The notes under the pieces are model-generated. The model was not told the DNA's origin, did not search any database, and saw nothing but the letters and a program-made list of their open reading frames with translations. Positions 1 through 9,918 of a stretch of DNA of 64,000 nt are shown piece after piece. The position numbers were made by a program, and so were the translations under genes. Within the stretch, counting starts at the first letter, position 1. Every line of letters begins with the position of its first letter. Location of the stretch: contig CAVYRF010000002.1 of the NCBI GenBank assembly GCA_963770895.1, positions 2,368,001 to 2,432,000 on the forward strand. The letters run 5' to 3'. The DNA comes from an uncultured Acidobacteriota bacterium. GTDB lineage: Bacteria; Acidobacteriota; Thermoanaerobaculia; Multivoradales; UBA5704.

Positions 1-1
1 G

Positions 2-1057
2 GGCTACGCGCTGCTCACCAAGAAGGAGCTGCGCCAGGACCGCAACGGCAAGAGCTATCTGGACATGGAGCTGGCCGACTCCAGCGGTTCGATCGTCGCC
101 AAGGTGTGGGCGGACAGCCCGGCGCTGCACGGCCAGTTCGAGCTGCACCGGTTCATCGCCTTCAAGGGCACGGTCAAGAGTTACCGCGAGCAGCTGCAGC
201 TGACCATCGACGACTGCCGCGAAGCGGTCGAAGACGACCGGCGGCTGGGCTTCGACGAAGCGCTGCTGGTGCCTTCGACGCGCGAAAACATCGACGACCT
301 GTGGCTGCGCTTGACGACGCTGCTGGAGGTGGAGGTGGACCGCCCGGTGCTGCGGCGTCTGGCGGCGGAAACGCTGGCGCTGTTCGGCCCCGAGCTGCGC
401 GAGCATCCCGCCGCCAAGTCGATGCATCACGCCTACCGCGGCGGCCTGCTCGAGCACGTGGTGTCGATGGCGGAGCTGGCGGTCGCGGTGTGCCGCCATT
501 ATCGCGACCTGGACCGCGACCTGATTCTGCTGGGCGTGCTGTTCCACGACCTGGGCAAGCTGCGCGAGCTGGGCGCCATGCCGGTCAACGACTACACCCT
601 GGAGGGGCGCCTGATCGGCCACGTGGTCCTGGGGCGCGATCTGCTGCGCGAGCGCTGCGCCGCGATCGCCGACTTCCCCGACGACCTGCGCCTGCTGCTG
701 GAGCACCTGGTGCTGTCGCACCAGGGCAAGAAGGAATTCAGCTCGCCGGTGGAACCGATGACGCTGGAAGCGGTGACGCTGCACTTCATCGACGACCTGG
801 ACGCCAAGCTCAACCAGCTGCGCATCGCCCGCGAAAGCTCGCCGGGAATGCTGTACCACCGAGGTCTGGCGCGCTTCGTCTACCTGCCTTCGCCCGACCG
901 CGAGAGCCCGCCGCCTCCCGATCCGGGCGACGCCGCCGCCGATGGCGCCCCGGCGCCGACCCAGACCGCGCTGTTCAGCGAGGGCGCCGCCGCGGCGCCG
1001 TCGCCGTTACCAGCGGACCTGGTACAGCATCCAGTAAACGACCACACCCGTCACTGA
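2..1057 (+). CDS. yhaM: 3'-5' exoribonuclease YhaM/Cbf1 family (OB-fold + HD domain); 5' end lies outside the window
   Basis: Frame is open from base 2 (GYALLTKKELRQDRNGKSYLDMELADSSG, OB-fold-like). HD motifs: PAAKSMHHAYRGGLLEH, LFHDLGK, LIGHV, LSHQG, HFIDDLDAK. Confidence 0.85.
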   Translation, partial: GYALLTKKELRQDRNGKSYLDMELADSSGSIVAKVWADSPALHGQFELHRFIAFKGTVKSYREQLQLTIDDCREAVEDDRRLGFDEALLVPSTRENIDDLWLRLTTLLEVEVDRPVLRRLAAETLALFGPELREHPAAKSMHHAYRGGLLEHVVSMAELAVAVCRHYRDLDRDLILLGVLFHDLGKLRELGAMPVNDYTLEGRLIGHVVLGRDLLRERCAAIADFPDDLRLLLEHLVLSHQGKKEFSSPVEPMTLEAVTLHFIDDLDAKLNQLRIARESSPGMLYHRGLARFVYLPSPDRESPPPPDPGDAAADGAPAPTQTALFSEGAAAAPSPLPADLVQHPVNDHTRH

Positions 1058-1429
1058 CACGTACATCCAGATCGGCAGCGTCCAGCGGGCGATCCGCCGG
1101 TGCTGGTCGAAGCGCTGGCGCAGCGCGCGGCTGAGGGTGATCAGCGCCAGCACCGGCACCGTCGCGGCCAGCAGCGTGTGGCTGATCAGCACCGTGAAGT
1201 ACAGGGTGCGCCAGCCGCCGGTGCCGGGAAAGTGCACCGACCCCACCTGTGCGTGGTAGATCAGGTACGAGGTCAGAAAGATCGTCGAACAGACCAGCGC
1301 CGCGATCATCACGTTGCGGTGGGCGATCCGGCGACGGTTGCGGATCAGCAGGAAGCCGGTGGCGAGCAGGACGGCGGCGATGGCGTTGAGCGTGGCGTTG
1401 AGCGCCGGCAGATCGTGCAGGTGGAGCAT
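1007..1429 (-). CDS. DUF420 (CtaM/YozB-like) membrane protein, oxidase assembly
   Basis: Four TM segments; LPALNATLN, HRNVM, FLTSYLIYH, LISHTLLA, HRRIARWTLPIWMYVSVTGVVVY. Next to SCO and ctaB. Confidence 0.9.
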   Translation of the reverse strand: MLHLHDLPALNATLNAIAAVLLATGFLLIRNRRRIAHRNVMIAALVCSTIFLTSYLIYHAQVGSVHFPGTGGWRTLYFTVLISHTLLAATVPVLALITLSRALRQRFDQHRRIARWTLPIWMYVSVTGVVVYWMLYQVRW

Positions 1430-1493
1430 GGCTGGTTTCGGCGGGTGCCTTTTCGCTGGTCTGGGATCGGTGGCGTCGGGGCCGGCGCCTTGC

Positions 1494-2177
1494 TCAGGCC
1501 GGCGGCGGCGCTGTGGCGGCGAGCGCCTGCGCGTCGGCGGTCAGGCGGGCGAGCGATGGCGCATCGAGCCCTTGATAGTAGCCGCGGACGATGCCCCCGG
1601 CATCCACCAGCACGAAGCGGGTGCTGTGCAGGACGGCTTCCGCGGGCGCCGCCATGCCGCCGCCACCGCCGGGCTCCAGGGCCAGCTTGAATCCATCGCG
1701 CGACAGGCTCTGCATCGTCCGCGGCGGTCCGGTCAGAAAGAGCCAGCGCGGGCTGGCGCCAAAGGACCGCGCATAGGCGGCCAGCACCGGCGCCGTGTCG
1801 TAGGCCGGATCGACGCTGAACGACACCAGGCGGATGCCTGGCTTTGCCTGGCTTGCCGGTTGCGCCGTGCCGGCCGCCGCCGCCGGCAGCGCGCGGTCCA
1901 GGCGCGCCATCTGGGCGCTGAGCAGCGGGCACGACGAGCCGCAGCGGGTGAAGACAAAATCGGCGATCCAGGGCGCCCCGGCCAGGTCGGCCAAGCGAAC
2001 CGTGGTGCCGTCGCGGTTGGTCAGCGCGAAATCCGGCACGCGCCCCAGCCGGGGCAGCGCCGCCGCCGCAGCGCCCGCGTCGCGCGCGCGCTGTTGGTAG
2101 ACCGCGGCGACGCCCACGCCGGCGAGCACCGCCAGCAGCAGGCCCCACAGCGCAAGCCGCAGCCAGCCGCGCGACAC
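1494..2177 (-). CDS. SCO1/SenC family copper chaperone
   Basis: N-terminal TM anchor, FVFTRCGSSCP (CxxxC), SVDPAYDT, LHSTRFVLVD. Confidence 0.92.
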   Translation of the reverse strand: MSRGWLRLALWGLLLAVLAGVGVAAVYQQRARDAGAAAAALPRLGRVPDFALTNRDGTTVRLADLAGAPWIADFVFTRCGSSCPLLSAQMARLDRALPAAAAGTAQPASQAKPGIRLVSFSVDPAYDTAPVLAAYARSFGASPRWLFLTGPPRTMQSLSRDGFKLALEPGGGGGMAAPAEAVLHSTRFVLVDAGGIVRGYYQGLDAPSLARLTADAQALAATAPPPA

Positions 2178-2181
2178 CGGC

Positions 2182-3165
2182 TTATCCCACCAGGCGCTCG
2201 ACCAGCATGACGCCCAGCAGCGCCGGCAGGTAGAGCAGCGAGGCGAGCATCAGGCGCCGGGCGCGCACCGTCGAGCGCTGGCGGGCGAAGGCCAGGGCAA
2301 AGCCCAGGTAGGCCACCCCGAGCGCCAGGGCGCCGGCGAAATAGATGCGCCCGGTCAGGTTGAGCAGCGACGGCAGCAGGCTCACCGGCACCAGGGCGGC
2401 GCCGTAGAGCACGCTCTGCCGCCCGGTCCAGGTGCCGTCCGGATCGACCACCGGCAGCATGGGGAAGCCGCCGCGCGCGTAGTCTTCCCGGCACAGCCAG
2501 GCGATCGCCAGGAAGTGCGGCATCTGCCAGAAGAACAGGATGCCGAAAAGCGCCCAGGCACCCAGGTCCACCTGCCCGCGCACCGCGCACCAGCCCATCA
2601 TCGGCGGCAGCGCGCCCGGCACCGCGCCCACCACGGTCGCCAGCGAGCTGATCTTTTTGAGCGGCGTGTACACGAAGACGTAGCCGGCGAGCGCCACGGC
2701 GCCCAGCGCCGCGGTGAGCGCGTTGACCGCCAGGCTCAGCTCGACCAGGCCGGCGACCGCCACCACGACGCCCGCGAGCAGCGCCAGGTCGGCGTCGATG
2801 CGCCCCGCCGGCAGCGGCCGCGCCGCGGTGCGGCGCATGCGCGCGTCCGATTCGCGCTCCCAATACTGGTTGAGCATGGAAGCGCCCGAGGCCACCAGGC
2901 TGATGCCGACCAGGGTGGCGACCAGCTGCCAGGACAGCAGCTTGCCGCCGGCCAGCAGGAAGCCCAGCGCGCCGGTCAGCGCCACCATCAGGGTGATCTC
3001 CGGCTTGGCCATCTCCACCAGGTCGGCGAGCGCCAGCGGGCGGCCGGTCGCCGCCAGGGCCAGGCCCGGCGAGGTCATGGCCGGCATCACCGGCGTCGCC
3101 TGGGCTGCCGCGCCCGCCGCCGGCGAATGGGCGCCTGGCGCACGAGTTGCTTGTGGCTCCACCAT
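2182..3165 (-). CDS. ctaB: Heme o synthase (protoheme IX farnesyltransferase)
   Basis: LNQYWERESDARMRRTAARPLPAG, YTPLKK, GAVPGALPPMMGW, FWQMPHFLAIAW, EDYARGGFPMLPV. Confidence 0.95.
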   Translation of the reverse strand: MVEPQATRAPGAHSPAAGAAAQATPVMPAMTSPGLALAATGRPLALADLVEMAKPEITLMVALTGALGFLLAGGKLLSWQLVATLVGISLVASGASMLNQYWERESDARMRRTAARPLPAGRIDADLALLAGVVVAVAGLVELSLAVNALTAALGAVALAGYVFVYTPLKKISSLATVVGAVPGALPPMMGWCAVRGQVDLGAWALFGILFFWQMPHFLAIAWLCREDYARGGFPMLPVVDPDGTWTGRQSVLYGAALVPVSLLPSLLNLTGRIYFAGALALGVAYLGFALAFARQRSTVRARRLMLASLLYLPALLGVMLVERLVG

Positions 3166-3236
3166 GACGTCCGCGAGTCTAACACCAGCCCGGCGCGGGG
3201 CGGCGGGGCCGGTACAAAAGAGGAGTTGTCGACCGC

Positions 3237-3265
3237 TTGCGCCGGCTCGCGACGCCTGTTAGCAT
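3237..3265 (+). promoter_or_regulatory. Putative sigma70 promoter of the act-cox operon
   Basis: TTGCGC (3237-3242), 17-bp spacer, TAGCAT (3260-3265) with extended -10 TG at 3257-3258. Confidence 0.55.
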
Positions 3266-3272
3266 CCGGCGC

Positions 3273-3290
3273 TTGTGACGAGTTTCACAA
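3273..3290. promoter_or_regulatory. Palindromic operator TTGTGA-N6-TCACAA (Rex-like; also matches the CRP core)
   Basis: TTGTGACGAGTTTCACAA, an AT-rich inverted repeat in a very GC-rich background, just downstream of the predicted -10. Confidence 0.7.
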
Positions 3291-3407
3291 ACTCCCGGCG
3301 GCGGGGCTTACCCGCGGGCGGAGCGGGCGCGTGTGCGCCGCAGCGCCCGACCGGCCAGTTCGGCCGTTAACCGCCTTTACGGTCAGGTCCACAGGGTCAT
3401 CGGAGCC

Positions 3408-4064
3408 ATGCAGACCTTCCACCATAGCGCCAACTCGATCGCCAAGCTCAGCATCGTCGTCGTGGCCGCCGTGGTGGCCGTCCTGGGCTGGCTCGGCCTG
3501 GAGCTGTTCCGCGCGCCCTACACCACGCGTGAGGGCGAGGTTCAGGAGCAGCCGGTGGTGTTCAGCCACGAGCACCACGTCGCCGGGCTGGGCATCGACT
3601 GCCGCTACTGCCACACCTCGGTCGAAAAATCCAACTTCGCCGGGCTGCCGCCGTCGGCCACCTGCATGAACTGCCACCGCCAGATCTGGACCAACGCCGA
3701 TCTGCTGGCGCCGGTGCGCGAGAGCTACGCCACCAACAAGCCGCTGCGCTGGGCGCGCCTCAACGACCTGCCCGATTACGTCTACTTCAATCACAGCATT
3801 CACATCGCCAAGGGCATGGGCTGCGTTTCCTGCCACGGCGAGGTGGACAAGATGCCGTTGATGTACGCCAACGCGCCGCTGACCATGGAGTGGTGCCTGG
3901 ACTGCCACCGCAATCCGGCCAAGAACGTGCGTCCTCGCTCCGAGGTCTTCAATCTGCACTGGCAGCCGCCGGCAGACGGACAACGTGCCGCGGCGCTGCG
4001 TGCCGCGTTGGTCAAGGAGTACAAGATCCAATCTCTCACCAGCTGCTCGACCTGCCACCGCTAG
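3408..4064 (+). CDS. actA: Alternative complex III pentaheme cytochrome c subunit
   Basis: One TM helix, QPVVFSHEHH, five CxxCH (CRYCH, CMNCH, CVSCH, CLDCH, CSTCH). GGAG RBS before ATG 3408. Confidence 0.93.
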   Translation: MQTFHHSANSIAKLSIVVVAAVVAVLGWLGLELFRAPYTTREGEVQEQPVVFSHEHHVAGLGIDCRYCHTSVEKSNFAGLPPSATCMNCHRQIWTNADLLAPVRESYATNKPLRWARLNDLPDYVYFNHSIHIAKGMGCVSCHGEVDKMPLMYANAPLTMEWCLDCHRNPAKNVRPRSEVFNLHWQPPADGQRAAALRAALVKEYKIQSLTSCSTCHR

Positions 4065-4106
4065 CACGGCCGGCCGACAGCACGGGCTTTCCAGAAAGCG
4101 AGAACG

Positions 4107-7100
4107 ATGGACAGCGCCAAAGGTCCTGAAGCGAAATGCGGCGCCGAGCCCTCCCGCCGCGTCGAGGCTGCCAGCCTCGATCTCGCGGCGGTGCGAAGCC
4201 GGCTGCAGGAGGCGCGCGGGCCGCAGTTCTGGCGGAGCCTTGACGAGCTCGCCGGCACGCCGGAGTTCCAGGAGGTGTTGCACCGCGAGTTCCCGCGCCA
4301 GGCGTCGGAGTGGGTGAACACCCCCGGCGTCGATCCGTCGGTGTCGCGGCGCGCCTTCCTGCAGCTTTCCGGCGCCTCGCTGGCGCTCGCCGGGCTGACC
4401 GCCTGCACGCGCCAGCCGGTCGAGCGCATCGTGCCCTACGTCGAGCAGCCAGAACAGGTGATTCCGGGCCGGCCGCTGTTTTTCGCCACCACCCTGACCC
4501 ACGGCGGCTACGGCATGGGCGTGCTGGCGGAGAGCCACGAAGGGCGGCCCACCAAGCTGGAGGGCAACGTCGCCCATCCGGCCAGCCTCGGCGCCACCGA
4601 CACCTTCACCCAGGCCTCGGTGCTCACCCTGTACGACCCGGCGCGCTCGCAGGCGGCGCTGCGCAACGGCGGCGCGGCGATGATCAGCACGTTCCTGGTG
4701 GAAGTCGCCCAGCTGCTGCGCGCCAAGCAGGCCTCCGGCGGCGCCGGCGTGCGGCTGCTGTCGGGGGCGGTCACCTCGCCCACCTTCGCGGCGCAGATCA
4801 AGGAGTTCAGCTCCCGCTACCCCAACGCCCGCTGGCACCGCTGGGAGGCGGCCGGGCCGCTGCAGGCGCGCGCCGCGGCGCAGAAGAGCTTCGGCCGGCC
4901 GGTCGACGCGCGCTACGACCTGACCCACGCCGACGTCATCGTCACCTTCGACTGCGACCTGCTGGCCGCCGGTCCGGGCGCGGTGCCCTGCGCCCGCCAG
5001 TTCGCCGACCGCCGCCGGCTGCGCGAATCGCGCCCCGACCTGGCGCAGACGATGAACCGGCTGTATGCGATCGAAACCTCGCCGTCGAGCACCGGCAGCA
5101 TCGCCGACCACCGCCTGCCGCTCGCGCCGGCGGAGCTGGAAGCGCTGCTGCTGGCCCTGGCGGCCGAGCTTGGCGTGGCGGTCACCGCCGCGCCCAACGG
5201 CCTGGGGGCCAAGGCGAGCGCCTGGCTGCCGGTGCTGGCCGCCGACCTCAAGGCCCACCCCGGCGCATCGCTGGTGGTGGCCGGCGAAACCACCTCGCCC
5301 GCGGCGCAGGTGCTGGCCGCCGCCATCAACGAAAAGCTGGGCAACGCCGGCAAGACGGTGATCTATACCGAGCCGGTGGAGCTCGACGCGGTGGACAACC
5401 TGCAGTCGATCAAGGACCTGGTCGGCGACATGCGCGCCGGACAGGTCGACGTGCTGATCATCCTGGACGGCGTCAACCCGGTGTACACGGCGCCGGTGGA
5501 TCTCGACTTCGCCGCCGCCCTCAAGCAGGTCAAGACGACGATCCATCACGGCCTGTATCTGGACGAAACCGCCGAGTACTGCCACTGGCACCTGCCGGGC
5601 ACCCACGCGCTGGAAGCGTGGGGCGACGCGCGCGCCTTCGACGGCACCGCCAGCCTGACCCAGCCGCTGATCGAGCCGCTGTACGGCGGCAAGAGCGCGA
5701 TCGAAGTGATGGCGATCCTGCTCGGCCACGGCGAGGCGACCGGCTACGACCTGGTGCGCGCCACCTGGAACGGCAAGCTTCCCGGCGGCGGCGACCCCGA
5801 AGTGGCCTGGCGCAAGGCGCTGCACGACGGCGTCATCCCCGGCACCGAGCAGCCGCCGCTGGGCGGCGTCACGGTGGCCGCGGCGGCCGTCTCCGAAGCC
5901 GCCGCCCAGATCACCGCGGCACGCGCCGCCGCCGCCGCCGGCCAGCTCGCCCTGGTCCTGGTGCCCGACTCGACGATCGGCGACGGCAGCTGGGCGCCCA
6001 ACGCGTGGCTCCAGGAGCTGCCCAAGCCGGTGACCAAGCTGACCTGGGACAACGCCGTGCTGATGTCGCCCGCCACCCACCAGCGCCTCAAGCTCGATTG
6101 GGAAGAGCGGGTGCGCGTCAGCTTCGGCGGCCGCACGGTGGACGCCGCGGTGTGGGTGCTGCCGGGGCAGGCGGACGACACGCTGACCCTGTCGCTGGGC
6201 TACGGCCGGCGGCGCGCCGGCGAAGTCGGCACCGGGCTGGGCTTCAACGCCTACCCGCTGCGCACCGCGGCCGGCCTGTGGGGCGGCGCCGGGGCGACGA
6301 TCAAGGGGCTGGGCGAGCGCTACACCTTTGCCTGCACCCAGAACCACCACGCCATGGACCAGGAGCAGGGCATCGACGAAGACCAGCTGGCGGGCGAAAA
6401 GGCGGTGGTGCGGCACGCCATCCGCACCGGCACCGTCGCGGTGTTCCAGGCCGATCCCGACTACGTGCACCGCGACGCCGAAGCGCCGGAGCGCGGCAAC
6501 ACCTTGTACCCCAACAAGAATTACGAAGGGCACGCCTGGGGCATGGCGATCGATCTCAACGTCTGCACCGGCTGCAGCTCGTGCGTCATCGCGTGCCAGG
6601 CGGAGAACAACATCCCCACCGTCGGCAAGGACCAGGTGACGCGGCGCCGCGAAATGCACTGGATCCGCATCGACCGCTACTTCACCGGCGACATGGACGA
6701 TCCGCAGCTGCACAACCAGCCGGTGCCTTGCCAGCAGTGCGAAAACGCCCCTTGCGAGGTGGTCTGCCCGGTCGGCGCCACCAGCCACAGCGACGAAGGG
6801 CTCAACGACATGGTGTACAACCGCTGCGTCGGCACCCGCTACTGCTCCAACAACTGCCCCTACAAGGTCCGCCGCTTCAACTTCCTGCGCTACAGCGACA
6901 ACAAGAGCCCGCTGGCGGCGATGCTGTACAACCCCGACGTGACGGTGCGCATGCGCGGCGTCATGGAAAAGTGCACCTACTGCGTGCAGCGCATCGAGCA
7001 CGCCAAGATCGACTCCAAGGTGAGCGGCCAGCCGATCGCCGAGGAGCGGCTCAAGACCGCCTGCCAGCAGGCGTGCCCGACGCAGGCGATCGTCTTCGGC

Positions 7101-7277
7101 GACCTGAACGCCGAAAAGTCGGGCGGCCCGGCCTGGCAGGTGTCGAGCGTCAAGGCCAGCCCGCTCAACTACGGCCTGCTGGAGGACCTCAATACCCGGC
7201 CGCGCACCACCTACCTGGCGCGCGTCACCAATCCGAACCCGCAGCTGGCAGCAGCGCCTGGCGAGAAGAGGACCTAG
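4107..7277 (+). CDS. actB: Alternative complex III subunit B (molybdopterin-oxidoreductase-like domain fused to an Fe-S domain), Tat lipoprotein
   Basis: FWRSLDEL; SRRAFLQ...GLTAC (twin-Arg + lipobox); EGRPTKLEGN; CTGCSSCVIAC; CQQCENAPCEVVCP; CVGTRYCSNNCPYKVRRFN; EKCTYC. Confidence 0.95.
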   Translation: MDSAKGPEAKCGAEPSRRVEAASLDLAAVRSRLQEARGPQFWRSLDELAGTPEFQEVLHREFPRQASEWVNTPGVDPSVSRRAFLQLSGASLALAGLTACTRQPVERIVPYVEQPEQVIPGRPLFFATTLTHGGYGMGVLAESHEGRPTKLEGNVAHPASLGATDTFTQASVLTLYDPARSQAALRNGGAAMISTFLVEVAQLLRAKQASGGAGVRLLSGAVTSPTFAAQIKEFSSRYPNARWHRWEAAGPLQARAAAQKSFGRPVDARYDLTHADVIVTFDCDLLAAGPGAVPCARQFADRRRLRESRPDLAQTMNRLYAIETSPSSTGSIADHRLPLAPAELEALLLALAAELGVAVTAAPNGLGAKASAWLPVLAADLKAHPGASLVVAGETTSPAAQVLAAAINEKLGNAGKTVIYTEPVELDAVDNLQSIKDLVGDMRAGQVDVLIILDGVNPVYTAPVDLDFAAALKQVKTTIHHGLYLDETAEYCHWHLPGTHALEAWGDARAFDGTASLTQPLIEPLYGGKSAIEVMAILLGHGEATGYDLVRATWNGKLPGGGDPEVAWRKALHDGVIPGTEQPPLGGVTVAAAAVSEAAAQITAARAAAAAGQLALVLVPDSTIGDGSWAPNAWLQELPKPVTKLTWDNAVLMSPATHQRLKLDWEERVRVSFGGRTVDAAVWVLPGQADDTLTLSLGYGRRRAGEVGTGLGFNAYPLRTAAGLWGGAGATIKGLGERYTFACTQNHHAMDQEQGIDEDQLAGEKAVVRHAIRTGTVAVFQADPDYVHRDAEAPERGNTLYPNKNYEGHAWGMAIDLNVCTGCSSCVIACQAENNIPTVGKDQVTRRREMHWIRIDRYFTGDMDDPQLHNQPVPCQQCENAPCEVVCPVGATSHSDEGLNDMVYNRCVGTRYCSNNCPYKVRRFNFLRYSDNKSPLAAMLYNPDVTVRMRGVMEKCTYCVQRIEHAKIDSKVSGQPIAEERLKTACQQACPTQAIVFGDLNAEKSGGPAWQVSSVKASPLNYGLLEDLNTRPRTTYLARVTNPNPQLAAAPGEKRT

Positions 7278-7278
7278 C

Positions 7279-8682
7279 ATGGCCACCCTTGACGTAGACC
7301 GGCGCACCGGGCTCGCGCTGCCACCGCAAAAGGAGGTGGTGATCGATCCGGACTACACCGCCGGCAAGATCACCGACAAGATCACCTCGATCATCACCGG
7401 CGCCACGCCGCGCTGGTGGTATGCCGCCTTCGGCCTGTCGTTCCTGGTTTTGATGATGTTCATGGGCGCCGTCACCTGGCTGTTCTGGAAGGGCGTCGGC
7501 ATCTGGGGCATCAACATCCCCAACGGCTGGGGCTTCGCCATCATCAACTTCGTCTGGTGGATCGGCATCGGCCACGCCGGCACGCTGATCTCGGCGATCC
7601 TGCTGCTGCTGCGCCAGGACTGGCGCACCTCGATCAACCGCTTTGCCGAAGCGATGACCCTGGGCGCCGTGGCCTGCGCCGGCATGTTCCCGATCCTTCA
7701 CCTGGGGCGGCCGTGGCTCGCCTATTGGCTGATGCCCTACCCCAACACCATGGGGCTGTGGCCGCAGTTCCGCAGCCCGCTCATCTGGGACGTGTTCGCG
7801 GTGTCGACCTACGCCACGGTGTCGCTGCTGTTCTGGTACACCGGCCTGGTCCCCGACCTGGGGACCATGCGCGACCGCGCCAAGACCAGGGTGTCGCGCG
7901 TCGTCTACGGCGCCCTGTCGCTGGGCTGGCGCGGCTCGGTCCGGCACTGGAACAACTATGAGAGCGCCTACCTGCTGCTGGCCGGCCTGGCGACGCCGCT
8001 GGTGCTGTCGGTGCACACGGTGGTCAGCTTCGACTTCGCGATCGGCATCATCCCCGGCTGGCACTCGACGATCTTCCCGCCCTACTTCGTCGCCGGCGCG
8101 ATCTTCGACGGCTTCGCCATGGTGTTGACGCTGGTGCTGCCGCTGCGCGCCGCCTTCGGCCTGCACGGCCTGATCACCGAGCGCCACCTGCATGCGATGG
8201 GCAAGGTCATGCTGGCCACCGGCTGGATCGTGTTCTACGGCTACATGATCGAAATCTTCTACGCCTGGTACAGCGCCAACGATTCCGAGTGGTTCATGAT
8301 GAAGAACCGCATGTTCGGGCCCTACCGGTTCTTCTGGATGGCGCTCATCTTCTGCAACGGCCTGGTGCCGCAGCTGCTGTGGAAAAAGAGCGTGCGCTCG
8401 TCGCCGGTCATGCTGTGGTGCATCTCGATGGTCATCAACGCCGGCATGTGGCTGGAGCGCTTCGTCATCGTCATCACCAGCCTGCATCGCGACTTCCTGC
8501 CCTCTTCGTGGGGCATGTATCGCGGCACGGTGTGGGACTGGGCGACCTTCATCGGCACCCTCGGCCTGTTCATGACCCTGATGATGCTGTTCATCCGCTA
8601 CCTGCCGATGATCGCCATGTCGGAGATGCGGACGATGACGCCGGGCGCCAGCGGCACCGGCAAACCGGAGGAGGCATCGTGA
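7279..8682 (+). CDS. actC: Alternative complex III NrfD/PsrC-family quinol-binding membrane subunit
   Basis: NFVWWIGIGHAGTLISAIL, WRTSINRFAEAMT, HLGRPW, SPLIWDVFAVSTY, GWHSTIFPPYFVAGA. Confidence 0.95.
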   Translation: MATLDVDRRTGLALPPQKEVVIDPDYTAGKITDKITSIITGATPRWWYAAFGLSFLVLMMFMGAVTWLFWKGVGIWGINIPNGWGFAIINFVWWIGIGHAGTLISAILLLLRQDWRTSINRFAEAMTLGAVACAGMFPILHLGRPWLAYWLMPYPNTMGLWPQFRSPLIWDVFAVSTYATVSLLFWYTGLVPDLGTMRDRAKTRVSRVVYGALSLGWRGSVRHWNNYESAYLLLAGLATPLVLSVHTVVSFDFAIGIIPGWHSTIFPPYFVAGAIFDGFAMVLTLVLPLRAAFGLHGLITERHLHAMGKVMLATGWIVFYGYMIEIFYAWYSANDSEWFMMKNRMFGPYRFFWMALIFCNGLVPQLLWKKSVRSSPVMLWCISMVINAGMWLERFVIVITSLHRDFLPSSWGMYRGTVWDWATFIGTLGLFMTLMMLFIRYLPMIAMSEMRTMTPGASGTGKPEEAS

Positions 8683-9236
8683 GCTCGCAAGCAAGCGCCA
8701 ACGCTCCGGACGGGGTGTACGGCATGATGGCTGAGTTCGCCACCGCCGACGAGCTGGTGGCGGCGGCGCACGCCGTGCACCATGCCGGTTACCGCAAGGT
8801 GGACGCCTACACGCCCTATCCGATGGAAGCGGTGATGGAAGCGCTGGAGCTGCCGCGCTCCAAGATGCCGCTCATCGTGCTGATCGGCGGCATCATCGGC
8901 GGTCTGACCGGCTTTTTCCTGCAGTACACCACGCAGGTGTTCATCTACCCGTGGAACATCGGCGGCCGCCCCTACAACAGCTGGCCGGCCTTCATCGTGC
9001 CGACGTTTGAATGCACCATCCTGTTTGCCGCCCTGTCGGCGGTGGTCGGCATGATCCTGCTCAACGGTCTGCCGCAGCCGTACCATCCGGTGTGGAACGT
9101 GCCGGCATTCGATCGCGCTTCGGACGACCGCTTCTTCCTGGTGATCGAGGCGACCGACCCCAAGTTCGACCAGGACGAGGCGCGGCGCTTCCTCACCGGC
9201 TTGAATCCCAGCGAGGTGACCGCCGTTGCGCCCTGA
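8679..9236 (+). CDS. actD: Alternative complex III subunit D (DUF3341)
   Basis: GTG overlapping the actC stop, GGAGG RBS; MAEFATADELVAAA, DAYTPYP, NIGGRPYNSWPAFIVPTFECTIL. Confidence 0.92.
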   Translation: MSSQASANAPDGVYGMMAEFATADELVAAAHAVHHAGYRKVDAYTPYPMEAVMEALELPRSKMPLIVLIGGIIGGLTGFFLQYTTQVFIYPWNIGGRPYNSWPAFIVPTFECTILFAALSAVVGMILLNGLPQPYHPVWNVPAFDRASDDRFFLVIEATDPKFDQDEARRFLTGLNPSEVTAVAP

Positions 9237-9918
9237 CCGCTCGCTTCTCCCGCGCTCGCCGTTGGTGCTGGGCTTGGCGCTGGCGCTGCTGCCGCTCGGC
9301 GCCTGCCGCAACAACATGCACAACCAGAACAAGGTGCGCCCGCTGCGCGAAAGCACCTTCTTTGCCGACGGCGCTTCGGCGCGGCCGCTGCCGGCGCACA
9401 CCGTGACCGCCGGCGGTCCGGGCCAGGACGACGTCTTTTCGAGCGGCGTGCAGGATCGCCAGCCGGTGGCGGCGGTGCCCTTCCCGGTGACCCGCGACGT
9501 GCTGCTGCGCGGCGAGCAGCGCTTCAACATCTTCTGCTCGCCCTGCCACGGCCGGCTGGGCGACGGCAACGGCATGATCGTGACGCGCGGCTACAAGCAG
9601 CCGACCTCGTTCCACGACGACCGCCTGCGCAACGCCCAGGTGGGATACTTCTTCAACGTCATGACGCAGGGGTTCGGCATCATGCCGAGCTATGCCAGCC
9701 AGATCCCGGCGGCCGACCGCTGGGCGATCGCGTCCTACATCCGCGCCCTGCAGCTCAGCCAGAACGCCCACCTGGCGGATCTGCCCGAGGCAGTGCAGAA
9801 GACGGTGGCAAACGACCTGGCGCAGCCGCCGTCGTCGCCGTCGCCCCCGCCGGCGCAACCATCGCAACCGCTGCCGTCATCGCAGCCACCGGCGCAGAAG
9901 CCGAGCGAGGTCCCATGA
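9226..9918 (+). CDS. actE: Alternative complex III monoheme cytochrome c lipoprotein
   Basis: Lipobox LGAC, CSPCH, distal MPSYA, RWAIASYIRALQ. Confidence 0.92.
   Translation: MRPDRSLLPRSPLVLGLALALLPLGACRNNMHNQNKVRPLRESTFFADGASARPLPAHTVTAGGPGQDDVFSSGVQDRQPVAAVPFPVTRDVLLRGEQRFNIFCSPCHGRLGDGNGMIVTRGYKQPTSFHDDRLRNAQVGYFFNVMTQGFGIMPSYASQIPAADRWAIASYIRALQLSQNAHLADLPEAVQKTVANDLAQPPSSPSPPPAQPSQPLPSSQPPAQKPSEVP

Noticed and set aside
4107-7277. Novel molybdoenzyme
   Set aside because: Context and motifs identify ActB, whose molybdopterin-like domain is known not to carry the cofactor.
3285-7307. 1340-aa minus-strand ORF and other long antisense or alternate-frame ORFs (e.g. 18301-21510, 4310-7297, 48461-50899, 56981-59395)
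   Set aside because: Shadow ORFs of real genes. High GC suppresses stop codons, and the translations are Arg/Gly/Ala-rich with no motifs.
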